This document shows positions 33,762-43,033 of a stretch of 64,000 bases of DNA, piece by piece (position 1 is the stretch's first letter; each line of letters begins with the position of its first letter). This DNA is from Candidatus Micrarchaeota archaeon (GTDB lineage: Archaea; Micrarchaeota; Micrarchaeia; Micrarchaeales; CABMGC01). Where the stretch lies: NCBI GenBank assembly GCA_021818925.1, contig JAKASU010000001.1, positions 295,972 through 359,971 on the forward strand, given 5' to 3'. The translations under genes were made by a program, and so were the position numbers. Below the pieces are notes generated by a model. That model did not search any database. It was not told where the DNA came from and was given only the letters and a program-made list of their open reading frames with translations.

Positions 33762-35932
33762 TGAAAGCGATAGTGTTCACGATGGATGCGATATTCTCGC
33801 TAGTCATAACCATGGTCGGCATATCCATACTCCTCTTCTTCCAATTTTACAACCAGTCTGCATACAATCTGCACTACTCCAACGCACAGACCATATTCGC
33901 CAATCTCGCCTCGACAAGCGTGGACTCGGTGCGGAACAGCAGCGCAATCGCGAGGTCGCTCTCGAACCAGTACATGGGAGCGAACGAAACGTGGCCGATG
34001 TTCATGAACGGTCAGTTCTCGAACAGCAGCAACCCGATAGGGCCCCTGTATCCGATATTGGAGTATACGTTCAGCCCCGGCAATACGATAATGACGGGCA
34101 TCGTAGCTGGTTATGGAAACATCTATTTTGCTGCAAACTCCATTCTCTACGCCGTCAACGCGACAACCAACAGGACGGTCTGGACCACGAACACGATCTC
34201 CGACGTGGTCAGCAACCCTGCTCTTTACTACGGCTCGATCTTCTACGCTAATGCGACAAACCTCACCGCAGCGAACGCGGGCACAAATACCATCGTGTGG
34301 AGCACCAACTCTATAAAGAGTACGTCAATCACCACGCCGCTGCTCGTATACGACAACCTCGTGATATTCGGGAGCAGCAACAATAAGATAAACGCGTACT
34401 TCGTGAACAACGGCACAAGCGCCTGGTCAGAGAGCATAGGCGCAACGCCCGTATCTATGACCATCGCAGGCGGCAGTCTGGTTATCAAGACAGACACGAA
34501 CGTCATCTATGTTGTAGCGTATTCTGGATCGCTGCCTCCGGTGACGCTGACAACCATCACGTTCTCGTCAGGCATTTTGCCTACAGGGATGGCGTACGGG
34601 GCCAACATAATATATTTAGGCAGCGGCACAACCGCGAACGCGATACTTGTAAACGGAACGACAATTAGCGGATTCCCTCTTGGTGAAGTTTCCACTGTCT
34701 CCGGAGTTGCCACCTACAAGAATTATACCGCATACCAGACGGGCAGTACGGTCACTGTTGTTTCGCCTACCGGCGCCACTGACTGGCTCGCTTCGGTTCC
34801 CTCGTACTTCGGTGCCAACGTGGTCAACGCCACTCCTGTGGTTTCTGGTCAGATGGTGTATACGCTTTGGGACAATGGCATAGCTGCGGAGAACCTGACA
34901 AGCGGGTCGCTGAAATGGTTTGCGCGCGTGTCTGGCGCACCGTCATACTCTTACATGACGCTCGCCTACGGCAGGATCTACATAGAGGTCAACAACCGCA
35001 TCTACGCCTATGGCTCTTGCTACTCGCCGGTGCACGCGACGCTGCTCTACGCTTTGGCCACGATGTCGTACAACGGTCAGGGAGGATGCGAGACAGCGCT
35101 GTTGAACAGCGTGTACCCTTCTGCAAACTACACGCTGTTTGCAAATTCACCGTCTACGAATACCATCGAGGCCGCTAGTTTCAACGGGGCAAGGGGATAC
35201 ATGATTGCTAGGAATATGGGAGCGCTGAACACTTCCTACGTGAGCGTCTCCTTCTGGGTAAACATCAGCGCATACAATCCAAGTGGGGATAGGCTCGTCA
35301 ATTACGGAGACAACGGCGGCTGCCTATCACCCACAACCTACTGTGGCTGGTTCTCGTCCCTGACAAGCTCTAACACGATACAGTTCTCCATAATGGCCAA
35401 CGGGATGGAGATTGACGCTAACGGCCCTAAGCTCAGCCTGAACAAGTGGTACATGATAACTGGGACATACAATGGAACGAGCGTGGACGTGTACGTCAAC
35501 GCAAATACGCCCTCCACGAACAGCTTCACTGGCGTAATATCCCCGGCAAGCACTAACATCAACCTGACCATAGGGGCCGGAAGGCCGAGCGATTCGAGAT
35601 ACTTCACGGGCAACATGGCAAACGTGCAGATCTACAGCCAGCCGCTCGGAGTGCAGCAGATAGCCGCGCTCTACAGGGGAGGCGCGGCAGGAGTCCCGGT
35701 AAAGGGCTACGGCTTGGTGTCGTGGTATCCGCTTAGGGGCGACACGAACGACTACGCGGGCTTCAACACCGGATTCGCAGTTGGCAGCATGAAGTTCGTC
35801 ACTAAGACATACGCCTCGCCTGCGTTCTCCAACGCTTACGAGGTGTCGCGAGCCAGCACCCTGCTGCCTGTGCTTAACTACACGAGCGGAGTCGGCAACA
35901 CAATAAGCGTTGGCATATATTCGTGGGAATGA
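33761..35932 (+). CDS. prepilin-like surface protein with PQQ-like beta-propeller and C-terminal LamG module
   Basis: MKA|IVFTMDAIFSLVITMVGISILLF. Repeated blades (LYAVNATTNRTVWT, LTAANAGTNTIVWS, INAYFVNNGTSAWS, IAAENLTSGSLKWF, IYAYG). LamG end NMANVQIYSQPLGVQQIAALY plus WYPLRGDTNDYAG. Confidence 0.6.
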   Translation: MKAIVFTMDAIFSLVITMVGISILLFFQFYNQSAYNLHYSNAQTIFANLASTSVDSVRNSSAIARSLSNQYMGANETWPMFMNGQFSNSSNPIGPLYPILEYTFSPGNTIMTGIVAGYGNIYFAANSILYAVNATTNRTVWTTNTISDVVSNPALYYGSIFYANATNLTAANAGTNTIVWSTNSIKSTSITTPLLVYDNLVIFGSSNNKINAYFVNNGTSAWSESIGATPVSMTIAGGSLVIKTDTNVIYVVAYSGSLPPVTLTTITFSSGILPTGMAYGANIIYLGSGTTANAILVNGTTISGFPLGEVSTVSGVATYKNYTAYQTGSTVTVVSPTGATDWLASVPSYFGANVVNATPVVSGQMVYTLWDNGIAAENLTSGSLKWFARVSGAPSYSYMTLAYGRIYIEVNNRIYAYGSCYSPVHATLLYALATMSYNGQGGCETALLNSVYPSANYTLFANSPSTNTIEAASFNGARGYMIARNMGALNTSYVSVSFWVNISAYNPSGDRLVNYGDNGGCLSPTTYCGWFSSLTSSNTIQFSIMANGMEIDANGPKLSLNKWYMITGTYNGTSVDVYVNANTPSTNSFTGVISPASTNINLTIGAGRPSDSRYFTGNMANVQIYSQPLGVQQIAALYRGGAAGVPVKGYGLVSWYPLRGDTNDYAGFNTGFAVGSMKFVTKTYASPAFSNAYEVSRASTLLPVLNYTSGVGNTISVGIYSWE

Positions 35933-35936
35933 AGGC

Positions 35937-38585
35937 ATGAGGTTCGGAAACAGCAAGGGACAGCTGATGACGCTGATAATGCTAGTCGTATTCATACTCA
36001 TGCTTGCCGAACTCTTCGCCTTCGCCCTCATTAACATAAGCTCTAATAGCATCTCGCAGTCGCTGACGCTGACATCCTCTTCGGCAAACTACGGCAACCT
36101 TTTCAGGCTTAGCGCAAATAATTTTGCGTATGCAAGCCTGAGCAGAGCGATAGCAACGCTCGCAAACTACGAATCCACGCCAGCATACAGGAAGGGCAAC
36201 TTCATCACAAACACAAGTCTCTATCTGTCGTATCTTGTGACGAACGGCGTTCTGCCCAACGATACATCAGGCTACCCGCAGAACGCGATGGGCAACCTGA
36301 CGCTGAAACTTTACAACATTTCCGTGGCGAACGTTATAGGCTTTGGATCGCAAGCGGTGACAATAAATGAGACGGAGCCGATCGTGTTCCAGACCGACCC
36401 ATACCACATAAGAGTGGCATATACAGAGAGCATAGCTGTCAACACCTCGGGCAACGATTACAAGTATACCATACCTGTGAACGTGTCCCTTCCTCTGAAC
36501 GGCACCCCTGATCTCCTCTACTCGCAGCAGGGCATCACGAGCCAGATCAGGTTCGCAAGCATGGCAAACCTTACCTCGGCAATAGGGGGAATGGCCACAT
36601 CCGGAAACACGCTCGCATACGGCTACGGCACAGTCTACTGGCTGCCAAGCAACTCGGTCAGCGGCGCAACGTGCTCCTCCATACCGGGCGCAATCTCCTC
36701 CGCGTCAGTCAGCGGAAACATTGTGCTTGCCACATACAACGCGATAGGCCTTGAGGGATGCGAGAACAACTACGCGGGGCTGATAGCCTACATTGCGCCA
36801 ACGACCCTGCCGACCGTTGCCTACCTCATATACCCAAGCTCGTCAAACTTCCTGCAGCTCATACCTACAGGTACGCGTGTGCTTGTATACGGTCCTATGC
36901 TGGAAACCTTGAACATCGAAGGCCTGAGGAATGCGATAACGAACGGCTACTACTTCGCGTCGCCGTTCACTCCCTCGTACCTTGACAGGGCCGATGGCAA
37001 CTTTAACACGCAGTCGCCGAACGGCATATTCACCTTCTCGAACTACAACACGCAGGCAGCGTATTTCAATGGCGGTGGCCATATTACGACGCCGCTGCTT
37101 TCGGGGCTGACCACAAACACAATTACAGTAATGGCGTGGTCTGATAGTTATGGACCTACGGGTGGTAGACAAGAGATTATAGCTCATGAGTCCCAGACGG
37201 GCTGTGACAATGGGGGAGTGGGAGGCAGCGGTTTCATACTTTCTGCACCTAATGAGGGAAACGACATCATAGCATGGTTCTGCCTTTATAATGCCGGGTG
37301 GTCGTGGTACAGCGCGGAGGTACCGTTTTCAAACTATGGATACAACAAACAGTTGTTAATAGCAGGCACATGGGACGGTAGTAACATCAAGCTCTATGTT
37401 AATGGAGCACTTGTTGCGACAACAGCGTGTTCTGGATGCGTTTTTGTAGACCCAACAACTGACGGGCCCGGAATAGGTGCCAACGACGGTGGCGTGTACA
37501 CGTTCAACGGAGAGATATCAAACGCCCAGATTTATAGTAAATCGCTATCTGCACAACAGATAATGAAAATTTACCAAGAAGGCATATCTGCTTTGCCGAT
37601 AAGCAACAATAGGTTGGCAGGCTGGTGGCCGCTCGACGGCAACGCGAACGACTACAGCGGTCAGGGAAACAATGGAGCCGCGACGGGCGTTACATACACA
37701 CTGCTCCAGAACTACAGCCGCGATAGTATACTAAACACTCCTGTGCCAACGAAGCTCTCGCCAATACCCGGAATACTGTCGTGCACCTCTACTGGCAACT
37801 GCGCCTCTAACACGCTGCCGAACCTGTATCTCGGAACAATGCCGCTGGAGGTGCAGAGCGGGCACATGCAGACAGCGAACTTAAACGGGCAGAGCAGCAG
37901 TATAGAGGTTCCTTATGCGTCTGACATTGCGCTGACCGGCAATTTTGCGATAGGATGGTGGTTCTCCAGCTCTTTGTCCCCAAGCACAACATACGACCAA
38001 GAGATGGTTACCTCTAGGTGCCAGACAGATACAACATTTGACATGCAGCTTGAGAATACGGTATTACACGGTGACATAGGAACTGGGACGGGAACATGGC
38101 TGTCTACTGGCGTCAATTATGCATTTACTCCATTGCAAAACACGTGGTACTTTATCGAAGTCGTATTTGCAAACACCGGGTGGTCCATATTCCTTAACGG
38201 AAAAAACGTCTCATATGGCACGTATACAGGCAATCCAAGCCTCTTAGACAGCAACGACAACCTTAACATCGGCGGGGCCTGCGGCGCGAACCTCTTTGAT
38301 GGAAAAATTGCGAACATGCAGTTGTATAACACGGCCATTGGAGCAAACGAGATCTATACGCTCTACCAGGAGGGCATCGGCGGCGCGCCGATAAATCTGC
38401 AGAACCTCGTCGGCTGGTGGCCGCTCGACGGCAACGCCAACGACTACAGCGGCTTCACAAATAACGGGGTTGCGACAGCGGTGACGTATCCCTACTTTTC
38501 AGGCACCTACAACGCGCCAGGGCTCTCGACCATCGCGACCTCGGCGAACGAGTGGCAGGCGCTCGGGCTGGCGACGCCACAGTAG
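35937..38585 (+). CDS. giant prepilin-like surface protein with two LamG modules
   Basis: MRFGNSKG|QLMTLIMLVVFILMLAELFAF (ATG 35937, 5 nt after the upstream stop). LamG ends ISNAQIYSKSLSAQQIMKIYQEGI and IANMQLYNTAIGANEIYTLYQEGI. Two WWPLDGNANDYSG linkers. Confidence 0.7.
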   Translation: MRFGNSKGQLMTLIMLVVFILMLAELFAFALINISSNSISQSLTLTSSSANYGNLFRLSANNFAYASLSRAIATLANYESTPAYRKGNFITNTSLYLSYLVTNGVLPNDTSGYPQNAMGNLTLKLYNISVANVIGFGSQAVTINETEPIVFQTDPYHIRVAYTESIAVNTSGNDYKYTIPVNVSLPLNGTPDLLYSQQGITSQIRFASMANLTSAIGGMATSGNTLAYGYGTVYWLPSNSVSGATCSSIPGAISSASVSGNIVLATYNAIGLEGCENNYAGLIAYIAPTTLPTVAYLIYPSSSNFLQLIPTGTRVLVYGPMLETLNIEGLRNAITNGYYFASPFTPSYLDRADGNFNTQSPNGIFTFSNYNTQAAYFNGGGHITTPLLSGLTTNTITVMAWSDSYGPTGGRQEIIAHESQTGCDNGGVGGSGFILSAPNEGNDIIAWFCLYNAGWSWYSAEVPFSNYGYNKQLLIAGTWDGSNIKLYVNGALVATTACSGCVFVDPTTDGPGIGANDGGVYTFNGEISNAQIYSKSLSAQQIMKIYQEGISALPISNNRLAGWWPLDGNANDYSGQGNNGAATGVTYTLLQNYSRDSILNTPVPTKLSPIPGILSCTSTGNCASNTLPNLYLGTMPLEVQSGHMQTANLNGQSSSIEVPYASDIALTGNFAIGWWFSSSLSPSTTYDQEMVTSRCQTDTTFDMQLENTVLHGDIGTGTGTWLSTGVNYAFTPLQNTWYFIEVVFANTGWSIFLNGKNVSYGTYTGNPSLLDSNDNLNIGGACGANLFDGKIANMQLYNTAIGANEIYTLYQEGIGGAPINLQNLVGWWPLDGNANDYSGFTNNGVATAVTYPYFSGTYNAPGLSTIATSANEWQALGLATPQ
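37621..37661 (+). repeat. LamG inter-module linker DNA repeat (copy d, in a different gene)
   Basis: ggctggtggccgctcgacggcaacgcgaacgactacagcgg, with 1 mismatch in 41 nt to copy b. Confidence 0.75.
38412..38452 (+). repeat. LamG inter-module linker DNA repeat (copy e)
   Basis: ggctggtggccgctcgacggcaacgccaacgactacagcgg, with 1 mismatch to copy d. Confidence 0.75.
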
Positions 38586-38734
38586 TCAGCTGCACGAGAC
38601 TCAGAGATACACGATGTGAATGAACCTGATGCGCATCCCGCCTACCTTTTTCTCGCCCAGAAGTTCTTTGTGACAACTTTTCTACTTCCTCAAGTAAGGC
38701 CCTGCAACGGCTGCGCTGTGGTTGATTGGCGCAA

Positions 38735-39727
38735 TCAGGCTCCGCTTATGCTGGTGAATATTCCCCCTATCAGTGCTGATACCACGAAGAAGACCCCGAG
38801 CCCGACCAGAAGGAATGCGGGCAGATACCGCAACCCTTTGAGTACCGAGCCTGTGGATATGGCCGAGACTATGAACGCGCCGAACCCGCAGATCAGTATG
38901 ACGCTTGCGAGAGCGAAGTTGTGGTATGCCGCTATCGTTATCTTGGGGGGGCTTGGCCTGAGAAACGAGATGCCAGCTGTTGGCAGTCCTCCAGGGTTCT
39001 GCTTCAGTATACCGGCCCACACCGTGTCTGTCACCCCGATCATCTGCGACGTGAGCGCATAGAGCACCGGTGCTCCGATCAGAGCTGCGAATGCTATGAA
39101 GATTGTGTACATGAATAGCTGCCCGCTTATCTCGCGCTGCACCATGTGCTGGCTGCGTATGTCCTTTGCTATCTGGTTGAGCAGGTCGGTCATTCCCCCT
39201 CCGTACTGTATGCCCTCAACCATCATCCTTATCGTGTGCTGAAGCTGAAGCGACCTGTACCTCTTGCCGAGGCTCTGCATCGATTGCTGCAGCGTCATGC
39301 CCCCGTACAGATCCTTGTTCATCGCCTTTATGTCCTCGCTGAAGAAGCCGAACTCCGGCCTTGCGGCGAGCGCCATGGCCTTGTCCAGCGCAATCCCGCT
39401 CCTCACGTTTGCAGCTGTGAGCTGCAGGTAGTCTGGCAGTATCTCCTCGACGAACGTCCTGCGCTGCTCGATCCTGAACTCCAGGAACGCATATACGACA
39501 ACCTCGAAGACAGCTGCAGAAACTATGCCCGCAAGTGCGGCTATGCCGGTGTTGAAGCCTGCAAGCAGCACAAGAGCGAACGGTATCACGATGAAGAGGC
39601 CAAGGCCTCCGAGTATGAGGATCTGCAGGAACTTGTTGATATCCACCTTCACTCCAGCGAGCTCGATCTCGCGCAAGAGGAGGTTAGCAACGCTCCTCGA
39701 TATCAGCCTCTCATACTCTATCTTCAT
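38735..39727 (-). CDS. type IV pilus/T2SS platform protein, single T2SS-F domain (TadC/FlaJ-half-like)
   Basis: 330 aa. N-terminal TM pair, cytoplasmic helical domain (LPDYLQLTAANVRSGIALDKAM...LQQSMQSLGKRY), C-terminal TM bundle. Confidence 0.65.
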   Translation of the reverse strand: MKIEYERLISRSVANLLLREIELAGVKVDINKFLQILILGGLGLFIVIPFALVLLAGFNTGIAALAGIVSAAVFEVVVYAFLEFRIEQRRTFVEEILPDYLQLTAANVRSGIALDKAMALAARPEFGFFSEDIKAMNKDLYGGMTLQQSMQSLGKRYRSLQLQHTIRMMVEGIQYGGGMTDLLNQIAKDIRSQHMVQREISGQLFMYTIFIAFAALIGAPVLYALTSQMIGVTDTVWAGILKQNPGGLPTAGISFLRPSPPKITIAAYHNFALASVILICGFGAFIVSAISTGSVLKGLRYLPAFLLVGLGVFFVVSALIGGIFTSISGA

Positions 39728-39731
39728 TTTA

Positions 39732-40856
39732 TCACATTGCGAAGGTCGGCCTCGATGACCTCATTATGTTGAGGAAGATTACCTGCAGGAAGAATATGCC
39801 GATAACCGCAAACAGCAGCGTGTTCTCATCTACGGTGAACAGGCTGATGAACGTGGTCAGTATAGCGGCGACGGCTATCCCCATGCTCGGGAAGATGACT
39901 CCGAAAAGCATGTAGAACATGGCGAGCGCGTTGAGCCTCTGCCCGTATCTCCTCAGTTCTATGACTCGCTCCTGCTCTACCTCATCGACCACTCCCTGCA
40001 GCGCGCCGACCACGTCGGCTCCGGCCTTCAGGCTTACCGTCGCCTGCAGCATTATCCTCTTGAAAGTCTTCGATTGGGATCTGTTGCTCACCTCATCAAG
40101 AGCCTGCTCTATCGGTGTGCCAAGCTGCACCAACTCAACAACCTTGGCGAACTCGAGGCTGGCCGCGCCATAGCCCGTGCTGACCGCCGTTATCGCGTTG
40201 AAGAGAGGCATGCCAGATCTCATGCTGATGACCAGGTCCCTGGCTGCAAAGAGTATGTCCTTCTCTATGTCCTTGCCCACGACTTTGCTCCTGTCGAGTG
40301 GGTAGCTTATGAACTTGTTGAAGAGGCCGAAGTAGCATGCGAACCCGAGAACTATGCCGAGTATTGGGGTAAGGCCGAGAGAGACGAGCAGTATAGAAAC
40401 AGCTATCGTGATGACTACGCTGATTACTATCGAGTAGGTGAACATCTTCTGCACGAACTCGTAGGGGCTCTCCTTCATGTTCTGTGCCCTGAGCGCCGCC
40501 TCGAGGTCCTTGTGCTGGTTCGCGATCTGCATGAAGTACATCTGCAGCTGGTTCGGCTTGCCCTGCGGGTGCTGAAGCTTTATCGAGGGCTGTGCCTGGG
40601 CCCTGGACGCCGATTGCACGCTCTCCTGTGCCTGCGCGGGCTTGCGCTGCAAGAATTTTGGAATGGACATCGGCCTGTTCGGTTCGGTCGCTTGATTCGT
40701 CCGGACCTGCGGCTGCGGTTGCGGCGCCTGACTGTCGTTAGAGTAGATGGGCTTTGATTTTATCTTGAAAAACAGAAACCTCTTAGGCTTGGTGAACCCT
40801 ACCACGGGCCCCTTGTCCCCTGCTTTCTCCTCCTTCTTCTTTACGAACAGCGCCAT
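39732..40856 (-). CDS. type IV pilus/T2SS platform protein, single T2SS-F domain (TadB/FlaJ-half-like) with Gln/Pro-rich N-terminus
   Basis: T2SS-F-like region DILFAARDLVISMRSGMPLFNAITAVS...ALDEVSNRSQSKTFKRIM flanked by TM helices. Disordered QAPQPQPQ N-terminus. Confidence 0.65.
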   Translation of the reverse strand: MALFVKKKEEKAGDKGPVVGFTKPKRFLFFKIKSKPIYSNDSQAPQPQPQVRTNQATEPNRPMSIPKFLQRKPAQAQESVQSASRAQAQPSIKLQHPQGKPNQLQMYFMQIANQHKDLEAALRAQNMKESPYEFVQKMFTYSIVISVVITIAVSILLVSLGLTPILGIVLGFACYFGLFNKFISYPLDRSKVVGKDIEKDILFAARDLVISMRSGMPLFNAITAVSTGYGAASLEFAKVVELVQLGTPIEQALDEVSNRSQSKTFKRIMLQATVSLKAGADVVGALQGVVDEVEQERVIELRRYGQRLNALAMFYMLFGVIFPSMGIAVAAILTTFISLFTVDENTLLFAVIGIFFLQVIFLNIMRSSRPTFAM

Positions 40857-40874
40857 TAGACCACACAGGCAGAT

Positions 40875-41471
40875 CTACTTGATATTCAGTCTGCCTTTTA
40901 TCTCTTTAACTCTTTGGTTTCTTGCCTGAACCAGTTCGCGCTGCTCGGATCCCATCGTGCTTGCGTCCTCGCGGGCCAAGATCTGAGACATTCCGCCTAT
41001 CTCCTCCCTGATTATTGATATCTGTTCCTTGTCGAAAACATTCTCGTCGAGGCCCTCCCTTATCTTCTCAAGGTCGGAAAGCTGGTCCTGCAGCGACAGC
41101 TTAGGCATCACGAGCTGTGCCTCCTTCGCCGTCTCCACCCTTGTTGATACGCTCTCGGCCAGCTCCTTGCCCGCTCCGCCCACCATGCTTCTGAGCCTAG
41201 AAGCAGCACTCTCCCTCTCTGCTGATACCTCCTGCTTCGTCACGCGGATCTGCGTTTTCGGCTGCTGTACCTGCTCCTGGACCGCCTCAGCCCTCCTGAG
41301 ATCTCCCTTCTCAAGCATCTGATCTGCTTCAGCATACTTCAGCGTCCTGATTGCAAGCCTGTTCGCAAATACCTCGCTAATGTCTATCGTAGCCTGCTCG
41401 GAGCCGCGCGCGGCCTCTATGGAGTCCACAAGCGAAGCGCTGCTTTCGTACTCTGTTTCCTGCACCATCAC
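40875..41471 (-). CDS. acidic coiled-coil protein, unknown function (pilus operon)
   Basis: 198-aa Glu/Gln-rich helical ORF between the ATPase and platform genes. Confidence 0.45.
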   Translation of the reverse strand: MMVQETEYESSASLVDSIEAARGSEQATIDISEVFANRLAIRTLKYAEADQMLEKGDLRRAEAVQEQVQQPKTQIRVTKQEVSAERESAASRLRSMVGGAGKELAESVSTRVETAKEAQLVMPKLSLQDQLSDLEKIREGLDENVFDKEQISIIREEIGGMSQILAREDASTMGSEQRELVQARNQRVKEIKGRLNIK

Positions 41472-41476
41472 AACTC

Positions 41477-43033
41477 CTAAAGTTTTTCAAGCAGCTCCTT
41501 GGAGTACGGCTGGTTCGCCTCTGCGACCTTCAGCACGCCCTCCGCGTTCCTGTAGTAGCTTGAAACGACATAACCGGCATCGTCGACATCGACTATCTTG
41601 TTCCTGACCATCCAGTCGAGCACCTTCTTCTTATCTTCGATGTTCTTCGCGAGCTCGCTCTTTTCGTACCCTCCGTACAGCGATATGGTCTCGCTCATTC
41701 TCGCCAGCTCGGCAATCTGCGTGAACGTGTCGTTCCTTGCATCCCACCTGTAGATGACGTTCACGTCACCGCTCCTCAGCATCTCAGAGAACTCGAGCAC
41801 GCGCCTTATGCCTAGCCTCCTGTGCCTGAAGAGCGATATCACGCCTCCGAAGGCGTTAAGCATCATCTTCGGCACCTCGATTGGCGGGTTGGTCATACGC
41901 ACTATAGTGTCCTGCGAGTTGTCCGCGTGAACGGTTCCGTATACCGCGTGCCCGGTGTGTATGGCTTCGAAGAGCGTCTGCGCGTCGTCCTTGGTGCGCA
42001 CCTCTCCGACGAGCATGACGTCAGGCCTCTGTCTGAGCGCGTTGATCATGAGGTTGTATAGTGATACCTCCCCCTTGCCCTCGGGGTTGGGCTGTCTGGT
42101 GAGCATTGGCACCCAGTGCAGGAAGTTAGGCAGCGTGAGCTCGCGGTCCTGCTCTACCGAGATCACCCTGTGGTTAGTCGGTATGAATATGCTCATCGCG
42201 TTGAGGAAGCTTGTCTTGCCGCTTGCAGTTCCGCCGGAGATGAGTATGCTGACCTCGTTCTCCACAGCAAGCCAGGTCAGTGCCGCGACATCCTTGTTGA
42301 GAGTTCCGTTCGCTATCATCGCCGTCATTGTCCACGGGTTCTTACCGAACTTTCTTATCGTGAGGGTGTTGCCCTTCTGCGATATCGGGTATAGCGTGGC
42401 GTTGACTCTCGACCCGTCTGGCAGCTCCGCATCCATCAGGGGTGAGAGGTTCGAGATCTGCCTGCCTATCCTCCTGCCTATCTGCTCTGCGTCATCGTAG
42501 ATTACGTCCTCGTTCTGCAGCATGAGGTTGCTCTTGCACCAGCCGAACTTCTTGTGGTAGATCCAGACGGGCTCCTTGGCCGTGTTGACAGCTATCTCCT
42601 CAAGGTTGTCGTCTGCAAGCGGAATCTCCAGATCCCCGAGTCCGAGCATGAAGTTGACGACATAGGCTATGAGTATCTGCTTCGTCGATGGGGTCGATCC
42701 GGGCAGATACCTGTCTACGATTATGTTCGACGCATCGATGTACCTCTGCGTCAGCTCCTCCACATACGCCTTGTCTTCTATCCTGGTTGGGTCGATCGGG
42801 ACCATGGAGAGCAGCTCCTGCCTCAGGGATATTAGCAAAACCTTTGTGGCGTCGCCGAGCCCGGGCACTGTGACCTCGTATATCGGTATGAAGCTCCCCT
42901 TATCCACTATTCTTATCTTCACCTTCAGTCCGTGGGCGTCGAGCTCGTAGGAGGCGTATTCCTTTTCCCCTTGCGTTTGTTGCGCGTCCTGCATCAGCTC
43001 ACTTACCCATGTTGTCGATGCCCTTCTTGACAT
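41477..43033 (-). CDS. type II/IV secretion-family ATPase (PilB/FlaI/TadA-like)
   Basis: Walker A ISGGTASGKTSFLNAM, Asp box RVISVEQDRELTL, Walker B RQRPDVMLVGEVR, His box GHAVYGTVHAD. Confidence 0.85.
   Translation of the reverse strand: MSRRASTTWVSELMQDAQQTQGEKEYASYELDAHGLKVKIRIVDKGSFIPIYEVTVPGLGDATKVLLISLRQELLSMVPIDPTRIEDKAYVEELTQRYIDASNIIVDRYLPGSTPSTKQILIAYVVNFMLGLGDLEIPLADDNLEEIAVNTAKEPVWIYHKKFGWCKSNLMLQNEDVIYDDAEQIGRRIGRQISNLSPLMDAELPDGSRVNATLYPISQKGNTLTIRKFGKNPWTMTAMIANGTLNKDVAALTWLAVENEVSILISGGTASGKTSFLNAMSIFIPTNHRVISVEQDRELTLPNFLHWVPMLTRQPNPEGKGEVSLYNLMINALRQRPDVMLVGEVRTKDDAQTLFEAIHTGHAVYGTVHADNSQDTIVRMTNPPIEVPKMMLNAFGGVISLFRHRRLGIRRVLEFSEMLRSGDVNVIYRWDARNDTFTQIAELARMSETISLYGGYEKSELAKNIEDKKKVLDWMVRNKIVDVDDAGYVVSSYYRNAEGVLKVAEANQPYSKELLEKL

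Noticed and set aside
35327-36052. 241-aa minus-strand ORF spanning the junction of two LamG genes
   Set aside because: It is antisense to the plus-strand frames that carry LamG and prepilin motifs, and it has no features of its own.
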